Source of the DNA: Armatimonadota bacterium
Lineage (GTDB): Bacteria > Armatimonadota > Armatimonadia > Armatimonadales > Armatimonadaceae
Direction of reading: 5' to 3'
Length of the DNA stretch: 19,496 bases
NCBI GenBank assembly: GCA_043754515.1
Contig: JAYUUO010000009.1
Span: 1 to 19,496 of the forward strand
The position numbers and the translations under genes are program-made. Below are positions 7,888 through 16,466 of this stretch, piece after piece. The notes beneath the pieces are model-generated. The model saw only the letters and a list, made by a program, of their open reading frames with translations. It had not been told where the DNA came from and made no database searches. Position 1 is the stretch's first letter. Every line of letters begins with the position of its first letter.

Positions 7888-8796
7888 ATGTCACTACGGG
7901 ATGAATACCGCGCTCTCCGCGACGAATACCGGGAGGCGTCCAGGTACAAGGAGCTGTTCGGCAATCTAGTCGAGCGGGAGCTACAGGTGCGCTATAAAAA
8001 TTCGCGGGTCGGCGTTATCTGGTCACTCGCCAACCCGGTTGTGCGCGCCCTCATTCTGTATCTCGTGTTCGCGTTCGTCGTCCTACCGTTCAAGATTGAG
8101 AACTATTCGGCATACGTGTTGGCCGGCTTTTTCCCGTGGACATACTTCCTGACTGGCATATTGGACGCGGGCGAGTCGGTGTCGAAACAGATGCCGCTGG
8201 TGCGCAAGGTCTACTTCCCCCGCGAGCTACTGCCGCTCGCCACTACGGTAGCCAACTTGCGTCACTTCCTGCTCTCGCTTGGGGTACTCGCGATCTACTT
8301 AGTTTATTTGTATGGCCGCGCCGCGTGGGAAGGCCATCCGGTCCCACTTCCGGCAACCATCCTTCTGTTGCCGGTACTGGTCGCAATGCAGACACTGCTC
8401 ATCGGCGGCATCGCCCTTTACATCTCCGCGCTGAACGTGTTCTTCGAGGATGTGAAGTTCCTCGCGGCGGTCGCGCTTGATCTGCTGTTCTACGGCGTGC
8501 CGATCATCTATTTTTTGGAGCAGGTCAAATACAGCGCGTCGATGTCACCCGAGGTCGCTAGACTCGTCTACGCGCTATTCCTCCTGAACCCAATGGCGGT
8601 GATCATCGCCTCCTATCGCTCGTTCCTGCTCCCCCCACAGACGGTGCCAATCGGCGCGAACCGCGTTCTCATGACGTTAAACGAAACGGTGCCCTGGCCG
8701 GCGTTCCTCGGTTGCGCTTTGATCTGTGTCGCGGTGTTTATTGGTGGGTACCGTTTCTTCAACTCGCGCAAGTGGCGGTTCGTCGAGCAACTCTAA
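7888..8796 (+). CDS. ABC-2 type polysaccharide export permease (Wzm/RfbA-like)
   Basis: LVERELQVRYKNSRVGVIWSLANP, PWTYF, LVRKVYFPRELLP, SALNVFFEDV, FYGVPIIY, LNPMAVIIASYR; multiple hydrophobic helices. Confidence 0.93.
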   Translation: MSLRDEYRALRDEYREASRYKELFGNLVERELQVRYKNSRVGVIWSLANPVVRALILYLVFAFVVLPFKIENYSAYVLAGFFPWTYFLTGILDAGESVSKQMPLVRKVYFPRELLPLATTVANLRHFLLSLGVLAIYLVYLYGRAAWEGHPVPLPATILLLPVLVAMQTLLIGGIALYISALNVFFEDVKFLAAVALDLLFYGVPIIYFLEQVKYSASMSPEVARLVYALFLLNPMAVIIASYRSFLLPPQTVPIGANRVLMTLNETVPWPAFLGCALICVAVFIGGYRFFNSRKWRFVEQL

Positions 8797-8925
8797 ATCG
8801 GGTTCGAGGAAGGGTGAACGCCGCGCCGCGCGATGGGCGAACCGGTGGCTCAAAGGGTGCGTCACCGCGCGTGCGGCACCGGGGTTACTGTACACGAAAA
8901 GGTGGCGATACAGGGAGATGAAGCG

Positions 8926-9989
8926 TCATGCGGCGGGGGCGGAGTGCGCCGCGGACTCTTCCTGAGTCTCCGTCATTTTAGAGGCTATGCTGAGCATGCT
9001 CAGAAAGAGCTGGGCGTTCCCGAGTCCCGCGTAGGGGAACGTATAAATGCCGTCCGCGCCCATGCCGAGGAACCCCTTCTTCGCGTCTCTTCGGCTGATC
9101 GTCACCATCCCCCCCCTTAATTTCGTCCCCCCCCGATGTCGTTGATAGCGAGTAATTCCGACTTGCCGCCCATCTGGATCGTGATGTCGTCCCGCGAAAC
9201 GCCGACCGCCCCCTTACCCGCTACCGGAAAGAACTGCGTCTCCCCACGCGCTAGCCGCTCGCGCATCTCGGGCAACTGGGTTCTCGACCAGGCCTTCTCT
9301 GCGGCGACAGCGAACCAGTATGCGTCCTCCGGAGGCGGGTCGCCTTCTTTGTTTTGGAACCTGCCCGCGAGTGAGTGGATCGTTTTTCTGGTGGCATCGG
9401 TCCAGGTGTAGGCGTAGGTAGTGCCCGTATATGCGCCATTAGTGTGGTCTCTCGTTGTCATCGTTTTCAGCGTCGCACCCCGGTCGAAGGTGAAGACACT
9501 TGCTTTCCCGATGGTCTTGTCGCGCCCCCCGTACTCGTAGGACGCGATGCCGTATTCGCCAATATAAGGGGTGTGATATCTTAGCTTCGAGCCGACGTAG
9601 CCGACTACTGTGCCGAGCACCGCGCCGACGGCGAGTGCTAGGAGAGGCACATCATTTGTGTACCAGAGCCTGATCTTCGCGCCGAGTGCTCATACCACCA
9701 CCGCGCCGATGATAAATCCGAGTACAGAGGATCCAATGCGCTTCATCGTTTGCGCCTCCGCGCCTTTGGTACCGTCTATGCTGGAGGAAGCAGAGAGAAC
9801 TTGACCAATACTCTTCGGTGCGCCCGCGAGGTATAGCCTGTTTGGGGGCAAAGGAAAACCTGAATGCGTCGTGACCGACCCATCAGAGGGCGGCTCCCAC
9901 CGCGACGGCAAATGTCCTAACACCAGCAATGGTGGCACTGCGGTTTTGGGCGCGTCGAGCACGGGTGGCGGCGAAGAGGGGACTGACAT
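8926..9989 (-). pseudogene. Interrupted gene for a hypothetical membrane protein (about 350 codons when rejoined)
   Basis: ORFs 9690..9989 and 9117..9650 share a frame and are separated only by TGA 9690-9692 (..GAVVV*ALGAKIRLWYTNDVPLL..). ORF 8926..9108 continues after two G8 tracts with a net frame offset. Two hydrophobic segments flank the stop. Confidence 0.75.
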
Positions 9990-10068
9990 TCCCGGCGCGG
10001 TCCTTTATGAACAAGATTAATATACACCTCGGTACTAACGGCCGATTTCCCGCGCGGATGCGGATGTA

Positions 10069-10458
10069 CTAGAACCCAGCGGTGAAACTGATTCGCGCTT
10101 CCCGCTCGCCCCAACCGTCGCGCCCGAAACCGCCTTCGAGCCGCAAGCGGCGTGCGTCGTTGTGGAATAGGGTAGTCTTGAGCGTGAGCGAACTCGGGCC
10201 GCCTCGACCGACGATCATATCGCGCACGGCAGGGCGCGTGTAGTCAAGCAGAAGACGCGGCCATTCGTGTTTGAGACGGTAAAGCACGGTCGCGAGGTCG
10301 GTCACCACGAGAGGATCACGCCGTGGCCGTAGCGTAAGCGGTGCCGCGCCGTTCCCCATGATCGGCTCTTGGGCCGCGACCGGGCCGCAGATTACCAGAA
10401 ACAGCCCTAACGCGACAAGGGGGACGATTAAGGTAATACCGCGGGGCGTGGACGGCAT
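10069..10458 (-). CDS. Hypothetical exported protein with a C-terminal beta-strand ending in Phe
   Basis: From ATG 10458: signal-peptide-like MPSTPRGITLIVPLVALGLFLVICGPVAA|QE. Ends ..LRLEGGFGRDGWGEREARISFTAGF. Confidence 0.62.
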   Translation of the reverse strand: MPSTPRGITLIVPLVALGLFLVICGPVAAQEPIMGNGAAPLTLRPRRDPLVVTDLATVLYRLKHEWPRLLLDYTRPAVRDMIVGRGGPSSLTLKTTLFHNDARRLRLEGGFGRDGWGEREARISFTAGF

Positions 10459-10547
10459 GGCAAAAAGCGAACCGTCGCGCGCGAGCGAGGAACCGGTGGC
10501 GGTCGAAATAGCGGGCGGGATTTGAGGCACACCCATTTATACCAGGG

Positions 10548-10574
10548 AAAAGGCGGAACTAACCGTCTTTTTTT
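10548..10574. terminator. Intrinsic terminator-like hairpin downstream of the HEPN gene
   Basis: AAAAGGCGG-AACTAA-CCGTCTTTTTTT, with A/T runs on both sides, 12 nt past the HEPN stop. Confidence 0.5.
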
Positions 10575-10586
10575 GAAAAAGGCGTG

Positions 10587-11000
10587 TTATAGCAGTTGGC
10601 GTGCCCACTTGACTAGCTCGGCGGACGCTTCCAGGTGCAGGTTCGCCGAGGCGAGATCGTACAACTGCGCTGGGACTCCCTCGGCATGCTCGGGGTTTCG
10701 GGAGGAGAGAAAGTCGAAGTTTAATTCCCCGGCGGCGTTCATGACAGCGAGAGGGGCAGAAAGTTCGTTCGCAAACGTGATCAGGTTATGGCCGCGGGGT
10801 TGCTTCCCACATTTATGCAAAATCGCGGCCTTGAGTGCCTTTTCGGCGGCCTGCTGGGCGAAGAACACCGAGGCATAGTATATACCCGCGTCGCGCAACA
10901 TGTGCGCCGTGTTCGCGTCTGCCTTCGACTGCGCCCAGTTATCGCGTGCGAGCCGTCTGATCGCCGCCGTATTTCCCGGTGTGTTTTCCGCCGCTTCCAT
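10587..11000 (-). CDS. HEPN domain-containing protein
   Basis: 137 aa: WAQSKADANTA, YYASVFFAQQAAEKALKAA and GHNLITFA, the pattern of MNT-associated/sacsin-type HEPN domains. Confidence 0.88.
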   Translation of the reverse strand: MEAAENTPGNTAAIRRLARDNWAQSKADANTAHMLRDAGIYYASVFFAQQAAEKALKAAILHKCGKQPRGHNLITFANELSAPLAVMNAAGELNFDFLSSRNPEHAEGVPAQLYDLASANLHLEASAELVKWARQLL

Positions 11001-11534
11001 CTCCGCGCCCTCTCTTCTAGCTCACCCCCTTTGTACTTTACGGGAGCGGCTCGCGTCAAGGGGGATGATCGCGATTAATGTCACAGCAAGGCATACGCGT
11101 GCCGTGGCACTGACCCTGGTTACGATCACGCACGAAACTTTACTCCGAACTAGACACGCGCAACCGGTAGCGATCTCCCACGCGGGGATGTAGTCAGACG
11201 GTTACCATAGAACGGGATGGGATGGATCAATCCGCCATCATCCAGCGCGTCCACCTCATGATGAACGATGTCGCTGCGCATCCCATTCCATGCATTTCGG
11301 CTGATAGGGAAGTCGAGACACAGGTTGGAGTAACCAATCCGTGAACCGCCGCGCCGCAAGACAAGTGACAAAGTCACCGCTTCCCGATCGTCACAGAACG
11401 AGATGATCAGGCGGCCGCCCCGCCAGCACCACCGCTCTGCCCGCCGGTGCATTAATCACATGGAGCCGGTACAATCGCTGTACAAAATTGACGGTCGGTA
11501 CGTCAGGCGACTTCGAGGAACAGCACAACTTATT

Positions 11535-13067
11535 ATGGCGGCACAGAACCTGGAGCAGATTATCTCCCTTTGTAAACGGCGCGGTTTCATCTTCCCCGGA
11601 TCGGAAATCTACGGCGGGTTGCAGGGCACGTACGACTACGGGCCGCTCGGCGTGGAACTCAAAAACAACCTGAAGAAACTTTGGTGGAAGCACAACGTTT
11701 ACGAGCGCGACGACATGGAAGGAATCGAGACGTCGCTCCTCACGAACCGCTACGTCCTGCGCTACTCCGGGCACGAGAAGGGCTTCACCGACCCGCTGAT
11801 AGACAACAAGCTCACCAAAAAGCGGTACCGCTTCGACCACCTGCTCCGTGATCAGACCCCCGAGGCGCGGCAGGCGGTGGCGTCATCGTTCGGGATTGAA
11901 GAGGGGGACGACCCGGATACATTCGTCGCCGCGCTACTTGAGGATCCCGCGAAGGCGCGCGTCGCCCTGATGAGCGCGAAGGTGCTGGACCCCGCCGACA
12001 GCAAGCCGGGCGACTGGACCGAGCCGCGCCAGTTCAACCTGATGTTCAAGACGCAGGTAGGACCCGTCGCGGACGACGAGTCGTTCGCCTACCTACGCCC
12101 GGAGACCGCGCAGGGGATGTTCGTCAACTTCAAGAACGTCCTCGATACCACGAACCGCAAGTTGCCGTTCGGGATCGCGCAGATGGGTAAGTCGTTTCGG
12201 AACGAGATTACGCCGCGCAACTTCCTGTTCCGAGTGCGCGAACTCGAACAGATGGAGATCGAGTACTTCGTTTTCCCCGGCGAGGACGCGCGCACGCACG
12301 ACGAGTGGATCACCGACCACGTTGACTGGTGGGTGAACGAAGTCGGCCTTTCGCGCGAGAAGATCAAGCTATTCGAGCATATCAAACTGTCGCACTATTC
12401 GACGCGCACGGTAGACATTCTGTACGATTTCCCGACGCTCGGGTTCGACGAACTTGAGGGGATCGCAAACCGCACCGACTGGGATCTGGGGTCGCACTCG
12501 CGGGCGCAGGACACGCTGACGCTCTCCGAAAACACTAGGGAGCGGGCGATGAAGAATGAGCACTCGACCGAGAAACTGACCTACTTCGACCACGAGGCGA
12601 AGAAGCATATCGTGCCGTTCGTGATCGAACCCGCCGCGGGAGTTGACCGGGGCGTGCTCGCCGCGCTCTGCGAAGCCTATGACGAGGAGCTACTGGAAAG
12701 CGGCGAAACGCGCGTCGTGATGCGCTTCAAGCCCGCTCTAGCCCCGATCAAGGTGGCGGTGTTGCCGCTCGCGAAGAACAAGCCGGAGATCGTGGCGAAG
12801 GCGAAGGAGATCAAGCGCATGCTCCAGGCGTCCGGCTCGATGCGCGCGGTCTACGACGACACAGCCGCTATCGGGAAGTTGTACCGGCGCCAGGACGAGG
12901 CCGGGACGCCGTTCTGCGTCACGGTGGATTACGACACGCTGGGTCAGTCGCGTGACGGCGGGACGGAACTGATGGACACGGTGACGATCCGCGACCGCGA
13001 CACGATGGCGCAGGAGCGGGTCAAGATCAGCGAGCTACTCGCCTACGTTCAGAGTCGGATCGGGTAA
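11535..13067 (+). CDS. glyQS: Glycine--tRNA ligase, homodimeric (alpha2) type
   Basis: [89 protein letters not shown]. Start placed at ATG 11535 (MAAQNLEQ), not 11403. Confidence 0.97.
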   Translation: MAAQNLEQIISLCKRRGFIFPGSEIYGGLQGTYDYGPLGVELKNNLKKLWWKHNVYERDDMEGIETSLLTNRYVLRYSGHEKGFTDPLIDNKLTKKRYRFDHLLRDQTPEARQAVASSFGIEEGDDPDTFVAALLEDPAKARVALMSAKVLDPADSKPGDWTEPRQFNLMFKTQVGPVADDESFAYLRPETAQGMFVNFKNVLDTTNRKLPFGIAQMGKSFRNEITPRNFLFRVRELEQMEIEYFVFPGEDARTHDEWITDHVDWWVNEVGLSREKIKLFEHIKLSHYSTRTVDILYDFPTLGFDELEGIANRTDWDLGSHSRAQDTLTLSENTRERAMKNEHSTEKLTYFDHEAKKHIVPFVIEPAAGVDRGVLAALCEAYDEELLESGETRVVMRFKPALAPIKVAVLPLAKNKPEIVAKAKEIKRMLQASGSMRAVYDDTAAIGKLYRRQDEAGTPFCVTVDYDTLGQSRDGGTELMDTVTIRDRDTMAQERVKISELLAYVQSRIG

Positions 13068-13071
13068 GCGA

Positions 13072-13095
13072 CGGGATCATTCGCGAACGATCCCG
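13072..13095. terminator. Hairpin between convergent glyQS and hypothetical gene
   Basis: CGGGATC-ATTCGCGAAC-GATCCCG directly after the glyQS stop; no U-tract. Confidence 0.4.
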
Positions 13096-13102
13096 CCCGG
13101 CA

Positions 13103-14017
13103 CTACGAGACCGGCTGATCACTCCCGCTACCCGCCCTTTTTCGATCCGCCGCGACCACGGCGGCGTAAGGAACGCGACACAGACAGACGAACCGCGGCG
13201 TCGCGAGCGCGAGCGTCTCTCCGTCGGGTGACACGGCAACGTGTCGCACCATCTGTCGGAGCGGGATTACGAGCGCGGTCCCCGCCCTGTCCCCGCCCGT
13301 CAATACGCGTCGTATGCTTAGACGGCCGCTGCGCCAGGAGACGATAGACTTGCCGCCGTGAAGGGGTAACTCCGTGAGACTCGTTGAAGAGGGGGGCAGT
13401 TCGTTCTCCGCGTATACAAAACCAGGTGGGTAACTCCGCCGTTGCAGTAGCGCGGCGTCGAGGAGCGAGTGGGCTTCCACGACAGCCGGGTGCCGACTGA
13501 CATAGTGCGCGTCTCCGACCCACCAGATGTCGAAGTGGTCGCCGGTTTCCGCGAAGCGGATCGCGTGGTAAAAGAGCCGGGGACGGCCAGGGTCGGGACT
13601 CAGGGCGAATGTCGCGGCAACAACCGGTGATCCGCCCGCGACCTCCCAAACTTCCCCTTGTAGACGAGACATGGCGACCAGATACTTCCCGTTAGGGGAG
13701 TAAGCGACGAAACACACCCGGTCGGATTCGCCTCCCCCGGCTGCTTCGGAGAAGGGGACAAACTCCGCCGCGTGCGTCAGATATTGCAGGTTCGACACGG
13801 ACTGCGCCTTGAGCCGCGTGAACGCTTCCGGCAGGTCGTCAACCAACGCCTTCCGAAGTCGCTCCGCTATCTTGTCCGACGATGGGGAGAAGTAGTAGGA
13901 TCTTACAGACCGATTCTGCACCACGTCCAGCCGTGCTTCGGGGCGAGCAATCCACTCCACGAGCCGCTCCGCGTTGATCTTCCCGAACGGCTCCTCATTC
14001 CAATCGGCCTGGTTCAT
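13103..14017 (-). CDS. Hypothetical protein with WD40-like beta-propeller segments; possibly 5'-truncated
   Basis: 304-aa open frame with VCFVAYSPNGKYLVAM and VRHVAVSPDGETLALA. Its ATG lies where the upstream ATPase homology breaks off, and it has no RBS. Confidence 0.6.
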   Translation of the reverse strand: MNQADWNEEPFGKINAERLVEWIARPEARLDVVQNRSVRSYYFSPSSDKIAERLRKALVDDLPEAFTRLKAQSVSNLQYLTHAAEFVPFSEAAGGGESDRVCFVAYSPNGKYLVAMSRLQGEVWEVAGGSPVVAATFALSPDPGRPRLFYHAIRFAETGDHFDIWWVGDAHYVSRHPAVVEAHSLLDAALLQRRSYPPGFVYAENELPPSSTSLTELPLHGGKSIVSWRSGRLSIRRVLTGGDRAGTALVIPLRQMVRHVAVSPDGETLALATPRFVCLCRVPYAAVVAADRKRAGSGSDQPVS

Positions 14018-14763
14018 AACAACCGGCGATTAGCGGCAGGGCGTCGTTCACGTCGCCGTCCGTCGCCGCGAGCAAGCGGGACGAAAAATCCCAGGTGCGC
14101 GGCGAGCACCACGCCTGCCCGCGTTTCGATTCGTCTTTAGGTACCGCGAGGAGCAGATCCGGTCGCGTGCGGATGAACGAGGCGATAAGAGAGCGGGAGT
14201 TGCCCCACGCGCTCTCTTCCACGCCGCGCCCCGCCCAGGACAGTTCCAGTGCCTCGTTCCAGTAGGCCGGAAACCGCTCAATCCAGGAAGCAGGGTCGAG
14301 CACGAACGTCTGGTGCGAGAAGCGGTTGGCGAGCGGCGGGGCGAGATCCCAGCCACCGGCGGCGTCTTCGGGCGGGTTCGCGGCGGCGATCAGGGTCACC
14401 TTCGACGGGTCGAGATCCAGATCGCCGAACGCCTTGTCCACGACGGCACGTAGGAGCGCGGCTTGCACCGCGGGCGGCGCGGTGGTCAGTTCATCCAGGA
14501 ATGACGCCGCCCTTGACGGACGCTTCCACGGCGAACCGGGGCGGCGCAAACCGGACACTGATGTCGGCCTCTTTGCCGGACAGCACCGGCAATCCTCCGA
14601 AGTCGGCGGGTTCGCGTAGGGACGCGATCACGGTCCAGCACGTCTGCCCGCGCCGCTTCGCCCATGATGTGATTGCGGCGGATTTGCCGACGCCCGGCGG
14701 CCCCCAGAGTAGCACCGGGACGCGGGCTTTTGTCGCGCTGTCAAGAATCGTGTCGAGTGTCAT
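13995..14763 (-). pseudogene. MoxR/AAA_5-like AAA+ ATPase, frameshifted and C-terminally truncated
   Basis: Walker A (LLWGPPGVGKS) is in frame 14491..14763. Walker B (FLDELTTAPPAVQAALL), sensor (AAANP), Arg finger (PLANRF) and SPRTWD are in frame 13995..14558. The shift is at about 14502 (GGC GTC A TTC CTG GAT GAA). Confidence 0.88.
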
Positions 14764-15022
14764 AGCATTCTCCGTATAGCATCGGGGTGGGGTGTCGTTA
14801 AACCGCTGTCGTTACACTACGATGCAGGAGGTGGAACCGGAATAGCGGCGGACGCTAACGGTCTGCGGAACATTGAAAGACACTTCGTCATTCCCACCAC
14901 CGTCTCATGGCACCGGCACCCCAGTCCATCGTAACTCAAACACCCCCACGCCAGCGCGCTTCAGAGATAAAGAATGCTACAATGGCGGGGATCTATCCCC
15001 TTTCGATCACTCAAAGCTATTA

Positions 15023-16384
15023 ATGTACCCTTATCCGATTATCGTCTCCGTCGTAGCCATCATCGCACTCGTGATGTGTGATGTGAACATGTCGCGGCGT
15101 CTGAGGCAGGCACTTTCGAGTTCGGCCGCCATTGTGCATGAGCAACGGGCACGTCATCACACGATCAAGGGCGACTCTAATGCGAAACAGACTCACTACC
15201 GACGCGCCGCCGAGCGTTGGGAAGAGGCGGGCCAACGCGGGCGTGCCGCCCGGAACTGGGCAACTTGGTACATGAACAAGGGCGAATTTCTAGTCGCGGC
15301 GGATCGGTTCGCCGAGGCACTGGCTCATCACCCCGCCGATGCCGAGCCGGATTACCGGCCCCGTCTACTGGTGCAGCAAATGCTCGCTTTAGGGCAGGCG
15401 GGACGCTACTCAACCTCGCTGACGGTGGCACAAGAGGTGGTGGCGGAGAATGCGGCCGGCGTGGTCGGAGCAGTGGCATTCCGAATGGTCGCAATGTCGT
15501 TCGGTCGCGTCGGGCTGTTCGCGGAGGCCGAAAAGCAGTTACAAGAGGCGGCAGGCCGGGACAAAACGCCAGCCGAGGAAGCCGCTACACTGGGGGTCCG
15601 CTGCTTGATCCTGCAGTTCCGGGGGCACGTTGGTGAGATACTATCGTTATGCCAGGCACACATTGCGTCCGCAAATCATATCTCATCGCAGATCTTTTCG
15701 TACTACGGCATCGCTCTTTCAGGAACCGGTAGGCATGACGAGGCTGTAGTCGCCTTCGAAAGAGCCATTGTACAAGCCCCTATCACGGAGCCGATGACAT
15801 CGGAAATCATGATCGCTATCCACTGCTGTAGCCTCGCGAGGGCACGGATCGATTCGCAACAATACGCAATCGCGGAGGATCTACTGGTTGAAGTGACAGG
15901 GAAGCATCTTCCGCCCCTACTACATCGCTTTCACATCCCGTCACTTCGCCTGCTTAACGCGTCACTCGCTGGGGCGGTTCATCCGGAGACCGTAGTCAGT
16001 CAGGCGGAGACTTTTCTGACCGTGCTTGATGAGGAAATGGTCACTTTTTCGAACCCGACCGACGCTCTACGCCGGTACTCGGACACGTTATTCTATGTAG
16101 CACGCGCTCTGTTCGCCGCCTGCGATGTCGAGGGATGCCAGCACTTACTGCAACGCTTTGCCGGGACAGATGCTCTCTCGCCGGGGATGACGCCGACATG
16201 GCACTTCTGGCGCGGGCGTTGCGAGGAGGCGGAGGGCAATCTGGACGCCGCGATAGCCGAGTATGAGGCGGCGACGCACACGGCTCCCGATTCATCATTG
16301 CGATATGTGGTCGAGGCCGAGGAGCGTTTGTCGGCCTTGCGGGGCCGAGACAGGGACGTGAAGTGTCCCCAACGCGAACGGTGA
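15023..16384 (+). CDS. Tetratricopeptide-repeat protein with N-terminal hydrophobic anchor
   Basis: IIVSVVAIIALVM near the probable start ATG 15023 (ORF track opens at 14873). TPR-like helices include YGIALSGTGRHDEAVVAFERAI and HFWRGRCEEAEGNLDAAIAEYEAA. Confidence 0.78.
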   Translation: MYPYPIIVSVVAIIALVMCDVNMSRRLRQALSSSAAIVHEQRARHHTIKGDSNAKQTHYRRAAERWEEAGQRGRAARNWATWYMNKGEFLVAADRFAEALAHHPADAEPDYRPRLLVQQMLALGQAGRYSTSLTVAQEVVAENAAGVVGAVAFRMVAMSFGRVGLFAEAEKQLQEAAGRDKTPAEEAATLGVRCLILQFRGHVGEILSLCQAHIASANHISSQIFSYYGIALSGTGRHDEAVVAFERAIVQAPITEPMTSEIMIAIHCCSLARARIDSQQYAIAEDLLVEVTGKHLPPLLHRFHIPSLRLLNASLAGAVHPETVVSQAETFLTVLDEEMVTFSNPTDALRRYSDTLFYVARALFAACDVEGCQHLLQRFAGTDALSPGMTPTWHFWRGRCEEAEGNLDAAIAEYEAATHTAPDSSLRYVVEAEERLSALRGRDRDVKCPQRER

Positions 16385-16466
16385 GATAAACCCGCCAGCC
16401 GTCACATGCCGGAGGGCATCACGCGCCGACCCGCGACCCGTAATGCCCCCGATCAACGCCCCGCTT

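Noticed and set aside
9690..9692. Selenocysteine or genetic-code reassignment of TGA
   Set aside because: The context is a hydrophobic helix with no redox motif, other genes use TGA as stop, and the same gene has a second lesion.
11001..11534. T-box leader for glyQS
   Set aside because: No T-box consensus (GGTGGnACCGCG) or terminator/antiterminator seen on the plus strand.
11403..11534. 44-aa N-terminal extension of GlyRS
   Set aside because: Family similarity starts at MAAQNLEQ (11535); the extension looks non-coding.
14763..14979. 9-bp inverted match TAGCATTCT / AGAATGCTA as ends of an invertible or mobile segment
   Set aside because: Too short, does not extend, and there is no recombinase nearby; compatible with chance.
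10587..16384. HEPN + AAA ATPase + WD40-like + TPR genes as one defence system
   Set aside because: They are split by glyQS, differ in orientation, and the ATPase is broken; nothing in the sequence links them.
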